Part shown: piece after piece, positions 46,011-56,297 of the stretch | Position numbering within the stretch: the stretch's first letter is position 1 | Layout: each line of letters starts with the position of its first letter | From: Candidatus Nanosyncoccus sp. | Lineage (GTDB): Bacteria > Patescibacteriota > Saccharimonadia > Saccharimonadales > Saccharimonadaceae | Assembly: GCA_045660085.1 (NCBI GenBank) | Contig: JAZRDA010000014.1 | Location: forward strand, 1,984 to 65,983 | Reading direction: 5' to 3' | DNA: 64,000 bases | Notes under the pieces: model-generated | The model's database searches: none | What the model saw: only the letters and a program-made list of their open reading frames with translations | Told to the model about the DNA's origin: nothing | Program-made: the position numbers and the translations under genes

Positions 46011-49000
46011 TTATTTTTTTATCTTTTTACGCGACAGTACAATCATAGATAGCCCCATAATTACCGTCATTATACCGCCAATTACATATTGTGTTAACGA
46101 AACGCCAACCGTAGCACTACCAACACGCCCCTTGGTAATCAGACCAGTATCCGGCGTAATCGGTCCACCACAACCTCCACCATCTAGGCAAGGGTCGAGC
46201 GGCTCTGGTTCATGCGTATTGGTAAATACAAACACAGCATCCTCATCAAGCACCCCACCGTCCGATTCATATCCATCTACATCTTCCTCAATTACACTAT
46301 ACTCATAGTATTCAGCATTTTCATCCGCCCTCGGCAAATCTGTCCATTCATAACGCCATTCATTCTTATCGCTAAGCGCAATCGTCCTATATTCTTCTCC
46401 GTTCCTAAGAAGAATAATCGCAAGTTCCGTCGGTCTAATACCGTCCCGGTCATCACTATCATCCCATACCTTCTCGACCGCAAGCGCTACGTCGCGAATT
46501 TTCTTATAACTATTCTTAATCACAAATTCTACTTTATCATTTTTACCAACCGTTTTTTCGATGTCATTATCGCCCGAAATAGTCAAGTCAAGCATATCTT
46601 CGAAATCAGCATTCGACTCCACAACTGTATATTTACCAGTCGGGATTCTACCAGTTACAGCATACTCATACACGCCATCTTCGCCCCTCTCAAAATCGCT
46701 GAACATTATCTCTTGTGTTTCAAAATCTTCCGGTCCGGTCAAAGTAAACATCAATCCATTTCTAATTAATGCCTCCTCCGTAATACCAGATATTTCTTTT
46801 CGAATCTTCAGCGAAGCTGCCAAACTTCGCTTATTTACTACTGTCAAAGTTTTATTAGCATCATTCCAAATATACTTATCGCTTCCAGTTTTATTAAAAA
46901 GGCAAGTCTTATCGTAGGTATTTATTAATGTCGCCGTATCGGTATCAGCTAATACACTAGTGCAAACTACCTCTATCGCCGCCGAACCCTCTACTAAGTC
47001 ATAACCTTCCAAAGTCTCCTTTTCGCTAATTACAAATTTAAAACTCTCTTCCTTTTCAATAGTTGACACGGGTACACTCTTGCTAACCATTCCATCTTCA
47101 TCCGTCACTTTTTCTTTCTTATCAATCAAGAACGTTACGCCCTTCATCTCTTTGTACTGTTCATCGACCTTCTTGATATAGAATTTATCGGCACCACCAT
47201 ATCTAATCTCATCCGTAGCCTTCTTCCAACTATTAGTCACATCATATCCACTAACACTTCTAGTCCAACTACCCGCAATTGCATTATCCTCCCCATAGAC
47301 CACAATCGTACTCTCGTTTTCACCAAATGCAGTCTCGCCCAATTTCGATTCCTGCACCGAATAAGTAATCTCTAGGCCATTATCATAACGATACAACCCC
47401 TCAAAGGTATACGACCAATCATTTACCTGAGAAATCATCACAGGCTGACCCACCATCCACGATTTAATCTCACCGTCATCATTAATAGTCTCAGCATGAA
47501 GCTCAATTGTCACTGCAGCTGGCCTGACTAACTCATTCCCTTCGCCAGTCCAAATCTTCTGTACAGTCAACTTTCCATCATTTTCCGGGTCATCATCATC
47601 CTCATTGATCAATTCTGGTATATGTTTATTCGTAATCACGCCATTCTCAACCGTCGCGGTGTAATCATTATCACTCTTAAACTCCGTACATTTAATTGAA
47701 TTTCCACTGCCACTACAAGAAGATGCCTCTACAATTTCATAGCTAATATCTTCACCATCCGTGGTTTTCAATGGCAAATGCTTGAACTCATAATTATCCT
47801 TGTCCTCAAGCACCAGTTTTTCATATGCCACATACTTACCACTATTATTCCTTACCGCCACATAATAGTTTACATAATTCTTACGCAAGCCATCACGGTC
47901 ATCATCATCATTCCAAATCTTAGCGGCAGTGATATTGCTATAAGGAATAGGTTCATTCTTGACTGTAAATGTGCGGCTCTGAACATCGTATTCATATCCA
48001 TCCACCTGCGAAGTGCTAAATGAGAAGATATATTCGTAAAAATTTTTCAGATTATCAAGATCAATAGAATTAAGCCTCTTGATTTTAGTAATGTTAATAT
48101 TCGGCTCAGTAGAAATCGACCTGTAACCTTCTGGCGCATTAGTCTCCTTCAAAGTATATTCACCAGAATCCAAATTATTAAAGACAGCTTTACCCTCTGA
48201 ATTAGTAGTTACTGTAAAGACAGTGCCATCTTTAAGTTTCAATTCAAAAACTGCTCCCGAAAGTGGCTCTTTGGTGTCCTTGTCGATCTTTATAATGTTA
48301 AAGCTAGTACGACCAGTAACGCTTTCGGTAGCCGGCTTCCAAGTATTTTTAATAATAAGATCCTCAAGAGTCATAACGGTCCATCTACCAACCACAGCAT
48401 GCTTACCATTGTTTTCCTCAGAATCATACTCAAAGAAGGCCTCTCTTTGATCGTCATAAGTAGCACCTTCAATAGCACTTTCTTCAACTGAATATACAAT
48501 CGCTACGCCATTGTCGTATTTCGGAAGTTCGGTAAACGACCCCTTCCATTCGGTACCAGCGGTTACTTTTTTAGTTTGACCAGTCGAAACTTTTTTACCA
48601 TCGGCACCCTTCTTGAAAAGCTCAATTGTAATACTGCCAGGAAGGGTTTTGCCGCTTAGTACATTACCATCCACATCATACCAAGTTTTTTCAAAATCAA
48701 CCTTAGTTTTTTCATCGAGGAATTTATTTATAACAGTAACAGAAGAAGCCGTATTACCAGAAACAACATAATAACCATCTTCCGTCTGAGCAGCATTTAC
48801 CAAGCTACCAGTGCCATACGCTTCCTTATAAGTTATAGTAGGGTTCGTAGCATAGCCATTCTTCTCGGCTTCCTCTACGTAGTATTGCACGCCCGTATTT
48901 ACGTTCACGACACGGATAACATCTCCTATATATAAAGTCTCAGCGATGTCGCCAGTTCCGTGGATATGTTCAGAACGGCTATACCTAATCGAACCATCGT

Positions 49001-51128
49001 CGTTATACACAATGTGCGATTCATACTCTGGGTTTTTCTCTCCGTAATAAACACGATAATCATACTTATATGGTTTTCCATCGGTACCAAGAAGATGCGC
49101 TGTGATTTTAAACGAATCATCAGTGTCAACCTCATTACCTTCCACATCGACCACTTTTTTCTGGATATTAATACCGCCCTTCAAAGTATTAGTAGCGGAA
49201 ACCGAATCCATCCCTCTAAATTCTTCAATATTAGTAATGTTACCAGCCTCGTCGCGAGTGAAAAACACGTTCTTTAACACATTGTCGACAATCATTGGAT
49301 GATAAACATAGTTCGTCAACTCGAAATGGTTATTTATATCATGCTCATCGAAATAATAATCGTGACCTTCTTCAAGAATAATATAAGTTTTACCATCAAA
49401 CTCGTATTCAGTATGACCAGGTTTTAAGGCATTATAGTTTTGAGAAGCATTGCTTAGCATAACACCTGGTGCGATGGAAATATAATTGGTTAATTCCCAA
49501 TCATTGTTCGCATTGAGATGGACATCCTTTTCATATTTAGCACCATCTTTATAAAAATCGAGCACTACTTCCTCAACCTCTTCTCGCTGCGATGGATCCA
49601 AAGAATCTTCCCAAATCTTCTTAAGGGTGAGTTTTTCATTCTTAAGTCCAACCGGTTTCGGATTATCAATATCTATAGTAGTTGGAATAGAAACTACGGT
49701 CTCGGTACCGGCATTACTCGTCGTAGTAGTAACGGTCGAATAGGTCAACGTTGGAAAATCGGTGTTAGTCTTTAGAGTATACGAACCATCTGGATTTTCA
49801 ACTATAGAAGTCTTTTGTGAATCAGTGAGGCTATCGTAAGTCTTTTTACCATTGTTAAGGTCAGCAACAAGGTCGTATGATTCCTGTTTTGGCCAGACCA
49901 AGAAGGAAACCGTATAAGTCACGCCATCTTCTAATACGGTCGAACCAAGATTCCAATTGATACTACCATTAGTAGTAGTCGCCTGCGGCGCATTAGTCCA
50001 AACAGTGCCATCCCCATAACTACCGCCGCTACGAGTATAAGTGAGATTAGAAATTTTTCCGTCAACTTTCATCGATGAAGTAAGGTCCGTAAGACCATCA
50101 GTCATCACAATATTAGTATAACCAACGCTTGACGATATCTCATCTACAATAGCCTCGAGCGCATCGATAAGAGCTTGAGTATTAGTGGCATCATAGAAAT
50201 ATCCAGCGTAATCTGATGATAATGCCGAATTGGCATTACCAGTGCCAGTATACGCATAGTTAATTAAACTTTTTAAACAAGTAATACCGCCGGTATTGTA
50301 TGTATTACAATTAGGACTGCTTTCCGTCGGTCCAAACGTATAAACTCCGTAAAAAGTATTTCCAGCAGCAACAATGGCGCGAGCATCATCGCTTGCATAA
50401 CCCCATTCAGTCGCATAGTCGGTACTCACCGTGTGCCTATTGTTAGGACCAGTTTCCGGGCGAGTTTGATCGGTGGTCGGTTGACCATCAGTCAAAAGAA
50501 TCACGAAGGTATTATCGTCTGGTTCAGCAGCACGTTTAGAGTCAGCGGCATCTTTAGCCAAGCTTAAAGCTTCCTCCCAGTTTGTCCCACTATTCGTAGT
50601 AAGACCGTTGATAGCATTTTTAATCGTCGTGCCATTAGTTGACCAATCCCAAGCCCTTGTACCGCCAGTCCCGAAATTAATGCCATATAATTCAATATTA
50701 TCACTTATTTCTTCAGTATTATTAGCGAGGAGTTTATCAATAATACCATTAGTTTTAGTCAGTGCATTCTTTTCAGCCTCAAGTCTATTACCATCATAAC
50801 CAGTAGCAGGATTTCTTGTCATGCTACTAGATGTATCAATCAATAAAATCACATTAGATTTCGTGACTTCTTGGGTAACCGATGAAGATGCCTTGCCGGT
50901 AACACTAAGGCTAAGCGTATATGTACCATCGCCATTGTCAACCAATTTCTTTTCGTGCGCAGGTACATCGGTTAAACCCTTAGCAGACACAACAGTTGGT
51001 GAATCCGTAGCATCTGTAGCGCCCACCGCATAAACACTAATAATATCTAACGGCAAACTACCGACTGCAAGTAATGATGCTAAGAAAAAGCGCATCAATT
51101 TTTGCAGATTCTTTTTCACTTTTCCCAA
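46011..51128 (-). CDS. giant (1705 aa) sortase-anchored adhesin: vWA domain plus multiple CnaB/SpaA-type Ig-like domains
   Basis: TTG start with AAGGAG 6 nt upstream. Signal peptide. vWA MIDAS motif (ILLIDTSSSMT). SpaA/prealbumin-like domain (GEYTLKETNAPEGYRS). Repeated CnaB-type motifs (KIWNDDDDRDGLR, KVWDDSDDRDGIRP). C-terminal TPDTG, then a transmembrane segment and RKKIKK. Confidence 0.85.
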   Translation of the reverse strand: MGKVKKNLQKLMRFFLASLLAVGSLPLDIISVYAVGATDATDSPTVVSAKGLTDVPAHEKKLVDNGDGTYTLSLSVTGKASSSVTQEVTKSNVILLIDTSSSMTRNPATGYDGNRLEAEKNALTKTNGIIDKLLANNTEEISDNIELYGINFGTGGTRAWDWSTNGTTIKNAINGLTTNSGTNWEEALSLAKDAADSKRAAEPDDNTFVILLTDGQPTTDQTRPETGPNNRHTVSTDYATEWGYASDDARAIVAAGNTFYGVYTFGPTESSPNCNTYNTGGITCLKSLINYAYTGTGNANSALSSDYAGYFYDATNTQALIDALEAIVDEISSSVGYTNIVMTDGLTDLTSSMKVDGKISNLTYTRSGGSYGDGTVWTNAPQATTTNGSINWNLGSTVLEDGVTYTVSFLVWPKQESYDLVADLNNGKKTYDSLTDSQKTSIVENPDGSYTLKTNTDFPTLTYSTVTTTTSNAGTETVVSIPTTIDIDNPKPVGLKNEKLTLKKIWEDSLDPSQREEVEEVVLDFYKDGAKYEKDVHLNANNDWELTNYISIAPGVMLSNASQNYNALKPGHTEYEFDGKTYIILEEGHDYYFDEHDINNHFELTNYVYHPMIVDNVLKNVFFTRDEAGNITNIEEFRGMDSVSATNTLKGGINIQKKVVDVEGNEVDTDDSFKITAHLLGTDGKPYKYDYRVYYGEKNPEYESHIVYNDDGSIRYSRSEHIHGTGDIAETLYIGDVIRVVNVNTGVQYYVEEAEKNGYATNPTITYKEAYGTGSLVNAAQTEDGYYVVSGNTASSVTVINKFLDEKTKVDFEKTWYDVDGNVLSGKTLPGSITIELFKKGADGKKVSTGQTKKVTAGTEWKGSFTELPKYDNGVAIVYSVEESAIEGATYDDQREAFFEYDSEENNGKHAVVGRWTVMTLEDLIIKNTWKPATESVTGRTSFNIIKIDKDTKEPLSGAVFELKLKDGTVFTVTTNSEGKAVFNNLDSGEYTLKETNAPEGYRSISTEPNINITKIKRLNSIDLDNLKNFYEYIFSFSTSQVDGYEYDVQSRTFTVKNEPIPYSNITAAKIWNDDDDRDGLRKNYVNYYVAVRNNSGKYVAYEKLVLEDKDNYEFKHLPLKTTDGEDISYEIVEASSCSGSGNSIKCTEFKSDNDYTATVENGVITNKHIPELINEDDDDPENDGKLTVQKIWTGEGNELVRPAAVTIELHAETINDDGEIKSWMVGQPVMISQVNDWSYTFEGLYRYDNGLEITYSVQESKLGETAFGENESTIVVYGEDNAIAGSWTRSVSGYDVTNSWKKATDEIRYGGADKFYIKKVDEQYKEMKGVTFLIDKKEKVTDEDGMVSKSVPVSTIEKEESFKFVISEKETLEGYDLVEGSAAIEVVCTSVLADTDTATLINTYDKTCLFNKTGSDKYIWNDANKTLTVVNKRSLAASLKIRKEISGITEEALIRNGLMFTLTGPEDFETQEIMFSDFERGEDGVYEYAVTGRIPTGKYTVVESNADFEDMLDLTISGDNDIEKTVGKNDKVEFVIKNSYKKIRDVALAVEKVWDDSDDRDGIRPTELAIILLRNGEEYRTIALSDKNEWRYEWTDLPRADENAEYYEYSVIEEDVDGYESDGGVLDEDAVFVFTNTHEPEPLDPCLDGGGCGGPITPDTGLITKGRVGSATVGVSLTQYVIGGIMTVIMGLSMIVLSRKKIKK

Positions 51129-51156
51129 AATAACTCCTTCGCTCTGTTATTATGAT

Positions 51157-51168
51157 GACAAATTTGTC
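51157..51168. promoter_or_regulatory. 12-bp perfect palindrome gacaaatttgtc just downstream of the adhesin promoter (candidate operator)
   Basis: Lies 4-15 nt downstream of the -10 box at 51172-51177 (minus strand). A related half-site, ttttgtca, also occurs ~45 nt upstream at 51212-51219. Confidence 0.3.
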
Positions 51169-51171
51169 GCC

Positions 51172-51200
51172 ATTATATCATGCCCGTCAAACAGGGGCAA
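51172..51200 (-). promoter_or_regulatory. candidate promoter of the giant adhesin gene (TTGCCC, 17-nt spacer, TGaTATAAT)
   Basis: Minus strand reads TTGCCCctgtttgacgggcatgaTATAAT. Lies between the rpsH terminator and the adhesin start. Confidence 0.55.
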
Positions 51201-51228
51201 CGATAAGCGTAATGACAAAATTGGCAAA

Positions 51229-51270
51229 ACAAAAAAGCGGGTGGCAGAAACCTATTTCTAGGCTCTGCCA
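51229..51270 (-). terminator. rho-independent terminator after rpsH
   Basis: Minus strand reads tggcag-agcctagaaataggttt-ctgcca cccgcttttttgtttt. Confidence 0.7.
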
Positions 51271-51288
51271 AACCCGGCTATTTTCGTT

Positions 51289-51690
51289 TTACCAAACCTT
51301 TACTAGTATCTCACCACCCAAACGATTCTTCTTCGCCTCACGTCCAGTCATTAAGCCCTTAGACGTAGATACGATCACCATACCTCGTCCAGACTTGATC
51401 GTAGGTATTTCATCTGCCGATGAATATACTCTTCGCCCTGGCTTAGACACCTTGGTAATCTCACTTATCTTAGCGTTCATGCCAGGCTCATTAATTACGA
51501 CATGTAATAGCTTCCGTGGAGTTTCTTCCACAATCTCAAAGCCTTTAACGTAGCCATTCTTAGCTAGAACTTCCACCAGACCAGCCTTAAGCTTAGAAGC
51601 CGGAACTAATATTTCGTTTTTGCCTACTATCACCGCATTACGAATTCGCGTGATAAGATCGGCAATTTGATCAGTAGATTGTATTGACAT
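51289..51690 (-). CDS. rpsH: 30S ribosomal protein S8
   Basis: TDQIADLITRIRNA...GGEILVKVW is S8. Confidence 0.95.
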   Translation of the reverse strand: MSIQSTDQIADLITRIRNAVIVGKNEILVPASKLKAGLVEVLAKNGYVKGFEIVEETPRKLLHVVINEPGMNAKISEITKVSKPGRRVYSSADEIPTIKSGRGMVIVSTSKGLMTGREAKKNRLGGEILVKVW

Positions 51691-51702
51691 ATTTCTCCTT
51701 TC

Positions 51703-51972
51703 TTACCAGCTACTCTTAGTTACGCCAGGAATCTCACCTTTCGATGCTTTTTCCCGGAAATTAATACGTGAAAGACCAAATCGACGCATGTAACCGCGTG
51801 GACGACCGTCCAGCATGTCACGATTCTTTAGTCTTGTCGGTGAAGAATTGCGTGGCAGCTTTTGTAGACCTTCAAGGTCACCTGCCATCTTCAACGCCGC
51901 ACGTTTTTCTTTATACTTGTTATACATCTTTTGCCGTTTTTCATCGCGGAGAACTGCAGATTTCTTTGCCAT
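51703..51972 (-). CDS. rpsN: 30S ribosomal protein S14 (long, Cys-free form)
   Basis: [13 protein letters not shown]...[33 protein letters not shown]. The ATG at 51972 lies just after the rplE stop. The track start at 51993 is rejected. Confidence 0.93.
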   Translation of the reverse strand: MAKKSAVLRDEKRQKMYNKYKEKRAALKMAGDLEGLQKLPRNSSPTRLKNRDMLDGRPRGYMRRFGLSRINFREKASKGEIPGVTKSSW

Positions 51973-51973
51973 G

Positions 51974-52642
51974 TTACTTTGTCTCCTTCTCAAACGGCAT
52001 TCCGAATAGTTCTAGCAATTTTAGACTTCCTTCCTTTGAGCCATTTTTAATTATAAACGTTACTTCAAGACCATGTAGGACCGATGCATCCTCAAAAGTA
52101 ATCTCTGGAAACACCGTCTGCTCCCTTAGCCCTAAGTTGTAATTGCCCTGCGCATCAAAAGCCTTACGTGAAACGCCGTGAAAATCACGCACGTGTGGTA
52201 AAGCAATATTAATTAAACGATCGACAAACTCATACATCTTATCATTTCGAAGAGTCGTGAGGTATCCAACTGGTGCACCCATGCCTTTTCGAATCTTAAA
52301 TGTCGCAATTGATTTCTTTGCCAATCTAGACGTAGCTGCCTGACCCGTAATCTTAGCCAGTGTCAATGCCACCGTCTCGGTGAAGCGCTTGTCTTCACGT
52401 TTCTTACCAACTCCAGAGGAAACTACAACCTTTTCTAGTTTTGGAACCTGATTGATGTTCTTTAATCCCAGTTCCTTCTGAAGTTTCGCCTTAAATTCAT
52501 TATTATAAAGAGCTTTAAGACGTGGTTGTGCTACGGTTTTAGCTGATTTTGCAGCTGGCTTTTCGGTCTTAACAGCCGGTTTTTCAGTCTTAGCAGCCGG
52601 CTTTACGGCCTTTTTCGTAGCAGCCGTTTTCTTTTCCGCCAT
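51974..52642 (-). CDS. rplE: 50S ribosomal protein L5 with ~35-aa Lys/Ala-rich N-terminal extension
   Basis: Core [40 protein letters not shown]...[12 protein letters not shown] is L5. Confidence 0.94.
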   Translation of the reverse strand: MAEKKTAATKKAVKPAAKTEKPAVKTEKPAAKSAKTVAQPRLKALYNNEFKAKLQKELGLKNINQVPKLEKVVVSSGVGKKREDKRFTETVALTLAKITGQAATSRLAKKSIATFKIRKGMGAPVGYLTTLRNDKMYEFVDRLINIALPHVRDFHGVSRKAFDAQGNYNLGLREQTVFPEITFEDASVLHGLEVTFIIKNGSKEGSLKLLELFGMPFEKETK

Positions 52643-52941
52643 TACTTAGCTCCTTTCTTAGCTTTCTTATCCTTTTTGTCGTTGTCAACTTTTTTCACAG
52701 CCGACTTCACGTATTTTGAAGCCTCGACCAGCTTCAAATTAGATAAATCGATACCGATGTGAACTGTCTTCTTACCGCCAGTCGGGTTCAAATATGACTT
52801 CTTGACATGACGTTCGATTATATTGATACCTTCTAAGCATGCTTTACCAGCTTTGCGATCAATTTTCACGATCTTAGCAGTCTCGCCTTTGTGACTGCCA
52901 GCGATCACCGCAACCTTATCTCCAATCTTCAAACTTTTCAT
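52642..52941 (-). CDS. rplX: 50S ribosomal protein L24
   Basis: KOW motif IGDKVAVIAGSHKGETAKIVKI. Position between rplN and rplE. Confidence 0.93.
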   Translation of the reverse strand: MKSLKIGDKVAVIAGSHKGETAKIVKIDRKAGKACLEGINIIERHVKKSYLNPTGGKKTVHIGIDLSNLKLVEASKYVKSAVKKVDNDKKDKKAKKGAK

Positions 52942-53309
52942 TAGAGTACCTCCGGTGCCAAGCTGATAATCTTAGTAAATCCAGCATCACGTATTTCCCT
53001 AGGAATCGGACCAAATACACGAGTACCCCTAGGAGTCTTGTCTTCGTTTACGAGCACTGCGGCGTTTTCGTCAAAGCGAATCGTCGAGCCATCCGGACGA
53101 CGAATCGGAGCTACAGTCCTGACGATCACCGCACGAACCACAGCTTTCTTCTTCACGCCACCAGTCGGTGTCGCATCCTTCACTGAGCAAGTGACCACGT
53201 CGCCAACCTTGGCATAGCGAGCATGAGTACCACCTAGCACTCGAATCACTCCAAGTTCCTTGGCGCCACTGTTGTCAGCTACTTTTAATCTTGTTTCTTG
53301 CTGTATCAT
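52941..53309 (-). CDS. rplN: 50S ribosomal protein L14
   Basis: [27 protein letters not shown] is L14. Confidence 0.96.
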   Translation of the reverse strand: MIQQETRLKVADNSGAKELGVIRVLGGTHARYAKVGDVVTCSVKDATPTGGVKKKAVVRAVIVRTVAPIRRPDGSTIRFDENAAVLVNEDKTPRGTRVFGPIPREIRDAGFTKIISLAPEVL

Positions 53310-53692
53310 TATGCTTCCTCCCCTTCTTTAGCCGGTTCTGATTTTTCGGCTCGCTTCGATTCTTCAGCTTTCTTAGCTTCGGCAATCTTATCTGCGCCTA
53401 CTTTTTCCGGCAACTCAACCTCATTCACATCGTCTTTTAGTTCAACCTTACCACGAGAACGCTCGAGTACCTTGACTAAAGTATAAGCCTTAGTCTTAGA
53501 TATCGGACGAGTCATTGCAATTTGCACTTTATCACCCTCATGAGCCTCGTTCTTTTCGTCATGCGCAGTGTATTTACGAGTCTTCGTATATTGCTTACGA
53601 TAGAGTGGATGAGTTTCCCTACTCACGATAGAGACGGTAATGGTCTTATCGCGCTTTTCACTAGTCACAATACCAATTAAAGTGTGTGCCAT
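53309..53692 (-). CDS. rpsQ: 30S ribosomal protein S17 with ~45-aa charged C-terminal extension
   Basis: [54 protein letters not shown] is S17. Start is 1 nt from the rplP stop. Confidence 0.94.
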   Translation of the reverse strand: MAHTLIGIVTSEKRDKTITVSIVSRETHPLYRKQYTKTRKYTAHDEKNEAHEGDKVQIAMTRPISKTKAYTLVKVLERSRGKVELKDDVNEVELPEKVGADKIAEAKKAEESKRAEKSEPAKEGEEA

Positions 53693-53693
53693 T

Positions 53694-54113
53694 TTAAAAC
53701 TCCTCTTTCTTAATTATTTTGCATTTCACCGGCAACTTATGCGAAGCAAGCCTTAGGGCTTCCTTTGCCTGTTCATCGGTCACGTCTGCAATCTCAAACA
53801 TCACAGTACCAGCTTTTACTTTAGCTACAAAGAACTGTGGTTCACCTTTACCAGAACCCATTTTCACGTCAAGTGGTTTCTTGGTAACCGGTGTATGTGG
53901 GAAAATTCGAATCCAAATTTTACCACCACGCTTAATGAAACGGGTAATCGCCTGACGTGCGGCCTCGATTTGCTTTGAAGTGACACGTTCGTTATCAAGC
54001 GACATCAAACCATAATCACCAAAAGCCACCGTGTTGCAACGCGTAGCTACACCCTCGTTCTTACCTTTGCGCACCTTGCGGTGAGCAGTCTTTCTTGGAA
54101 GTAAAATTGCCAT
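53694..54113 (-). CDS. rplP: 50S ribosomal protein L16
   Basis: LLPRKTAHRKVRKGKNEGVATRCNTVAFGDYGL is L16. Confidence 0.95.
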   Translation of the reverse strand: MAILLPRKTAHRKVRKGKNEGVATRCNTVAFGDYGLMSLDNERVTSKQIEAARQAITRFIKRGGKIWIRIFPHTPVTKKPLDVKMGSGKGEPQFFVAKVKAGTVMFEIADVTDEQAKEALRLASHKLPVKCKIIKKEEF

Positions 54114-54114
54114 C

Positions 54115-54741
54115 TTATTTCTCCCCCTTATAGATCCAAACCTTTACACCCACAATTCCGGCAATCGTCGGAGCGTGATGACAGTAAAAATCAATGTCAG
54201 CACGCAAAGTATGTAGCGGCACTGAACCTTCAATAAATTTTTCGCGACGACTCATCTCGGCGCCGTTTAGACGTCCAGAAACCTCGATACGAACACCTTT
54301 AGCTCCAGCATTCATCGTAGATTGTAGAGCCATCTTGACCGCACGGCGAAAATTCATACGCTTGCCAAGTTGGAAACCAATGTTTTCTGCAACTAATTTT
54401 GCATTCAGTTCCGGCTTCTTAACCTCCTCGACATTAATACGAATCGGCCCTTCGATCATCTTTTCGAGCTCTTTTTTTAGCTCATTAATTCCGGCACCCT
54501 GCTTACCAATCACGCTACCAGCCTTAGCTGTCAAAATCGTAATCGTAGTAAGATTTGCCGAACGCTCTATACCGATTCGCGCAATTGTTGGACGAGATTT
54601 ATATCTGTCCTCAATAAATTTGCGAATCTTGACGTCTTCCACTAGCCAATGGCGAAAGTCTGATTTTCGAGTAAACCACTTCGAAGACCAATCTTTGCTG
54701 ACCTGGAGACGGTAAGAGATGGGATTAACCTTCTGACCCAT
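54115..54741 (-). CDS. rpsC: 30S ribosomal protein S3
   Basis: MGQKVNPISYRLQVSKDWSSKWF and a KH domain. S3. Confidence 0.96.
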   Translation of the reverse strand: MGQKVNPISYRLQVSKDWSSKWFTRKSDFRHWLVEDVKIRKFIEDRYKSRPTIARIGIERSANLTTITILTAKAGSVIGKQGAGINELKKELEKMIEGPIRINVEEVKKPELNAKLVAENIGFQLGKRMNFRRAVKMALQSTMNAGAKGVRIEVSGRLNGAEMSRREKFIEGSVPLHTLRADIDFYCHHAPTIAGIVGVKVWIYKGEK

Positions 54742-54742
54742 A

Positions 54743-55162
54743 TTACTTTTTCTCCTTCTTCGCTCCTGCTTTAGGGCTAGCTTCGGCCTTTCCAGCAGTT
54801 TTCTTTACTTTTTCTTCGCCTGCGACCTCGACGAATATATTACTACTAATCTTCTCGTATGGAAGCGCACGCCCGCGTGAAGCTGGCTTGTATCTGCGCA
54901 TCCTAGTGCCACTTGTGACAAAAATCCGAGCAATCCTGATACTTTTCGGATCAATCGAAACCTTAGTGTTATTCAATAAATTAGCATTCGCTGACTCTAC
55001 AGCCTTTAACACTGCCCTTGCAGCACGCCTTGGTGTATTTTCCAAAATCACCACGGCATCAGCCACATAGCGATCTCTCACGAGAGATGCTACAATGCTG
55101 GTCTTTCTCGGCTGAGAATCGATACCTTTCTCATATGCATGTGCAAAATACGTTTCCGCCAT
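54743..55162 (-). CDS. rplV: 50S ribosomal protein L22 with Lys-rich C-terminal tail
   Basis: SQPRKTSIVASLVRDRYVADAVVILENTPRRAARAVLKAVESA is L22. Confidence 0.94.
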   Translation of the reverse strand: MAETYFAHAYEKGIDSQPRKTSIVASLVRDRYVADAVVILENTPRRAARAVLKAVESANANLLNNTKVSIDPKSIRIARIFVTSGTRMRRYKPASRGRALPYEKISSNIFVEVAGEEKVKKTAGKAEASPKAGAKKEKK

Positions 55163-55164
55163 AA

Positions 55165-55461
55165 TTAGTTAGCTCCTTTCTCAGCTGCAGCAGCTTCGGC
55201 CGCCTTCTTACCACCATGGCGTTTAAATTTACGAGTTGGCGCAAATTCACCAAGCTTATGACCCACCATGTTTTCCGATACGAACACCGGGACATGAACC
55301 TTACCGTTGTGCACAGCAATTGTTCGGCCAACCATTTCAGGGGAAATAGTTGATTGTCTTGCCCAAGTCTTCACAATGGTGCGATCTTCGCTGGAAAGTG
55401 CGGCAATCTTCTTTGCGAGTTTGAAGTCCACAAATGGACCCTTCTTAAGACTCCTAGACAT
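55165..55461 (-). CDS. rpsS: 30S ribosomal protein S19
   Basis: [12 protein letters not shown]...[35 protein letters not shown] is S19. Confidence 0.96.
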   Translation of the reverse strand: MSRSLKKGPFVDFKLAKKIAALSSEDRTIVKTWARQSTISPEMVGRTIAVHNGKVHVPVFVSENMVGHKLGEFAPTRKFKRHGGKKAAEAAAAEKGAN

Positions 55462-56297
55462 TATTTCCTCTTTCCTTCGTGGCGACTGCGCACGATCATT
55501 TTATTGGTTTTCTTATTGTGACGAGTTCTGTAACCAAGCGTGAGCTGACCCCACGGAGTACGCGGAGCTTTACCAGAACCGTGACGACCACCGTCACCAC
55601 CACCGTGTGGGTGATCCGTAGCATTCATCACGACACCACGTACGGTCGGACGAATACCCTTGCGACGACGACGACCCGCCGCTCCAATCTTTACATTCTG
55701 ATGTTGCAAATTCGAAACTGTACCAATCGATGCCTCGCACTCGCTTAGCACCTTACGTACTTCACCAGATGGCATCCTAAGTGTAGCATAGCCATCTTCT
55801 TTAGCCATTAGCTGCGCCGAAGCTCCTGCCGCGCGCACCATTTGTGCACCCTTACCAGGAGTAAGCTCCACTGCGTACACGAACGTACCCACTGGAATAT
55901 TTTCAAGTGGCATTCTGCTTGATTCTTCGACTTCTATCTCTTTACCAGTCTTAAAAGTAGTCCCTTTTACCATCTTGGTATCAGCAAGCACATAGTAATA
56001 TGTACCATTTTCGTCCTTAACTCTTGCAATTCGAGCCGAACGATTTGGATCGTACTCAATCTCTTCAACCGTAAAAGTCAAATTTTCCGGTAATTTGTAA
56101 GTCAAAATTCGGTAATGGCGTTTTACGCCGCCACCACGATGTCGTACCGTGATACGACCCTGATTGTTTTTACCCGCCTGCTGTCTCTTGGCAAGGGTCA
56201 AAGACTTCATTGGCTTCTTGGTCGTAATCTGATCAAAATCCTGTGTAGTCTTCTGCCTTTGCGCCGGCGTGACTGGGCGGTAAGCCTTAATTGTCAT
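55461..56297 (-). CDS. rplB: 50S ribosomal protein L2
   Basis: [14 protein letters not shown] and [10 protein letters not shown] blocks. L2. Confidence 0.96.
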   Translation of the reverse strand: MTIKAYRPVTPAQRQKTTQDFDQITTKKPMKSLTLAKRQQAGKNNQGRITVRHRGGGVKRHYRILTYKLPENLTFTVEEIEYDPNRSARIARVKDENGTYYYVLADTKMVKGTTFKTGKEIEVEESSRMPLENIPVGTFVYAVELTPGKGAQMVRAAGASAQLMAKEDGYATLRMPSGEVRKVLSECEASIGTVSNLQHQNVKIGAAGRRRRKGIRPTVRGVVMNATDHPHGGGDGGRHGSGKAPRTPWGQLTLGYRTRHNKKTNKMIVRSRHEGKRK

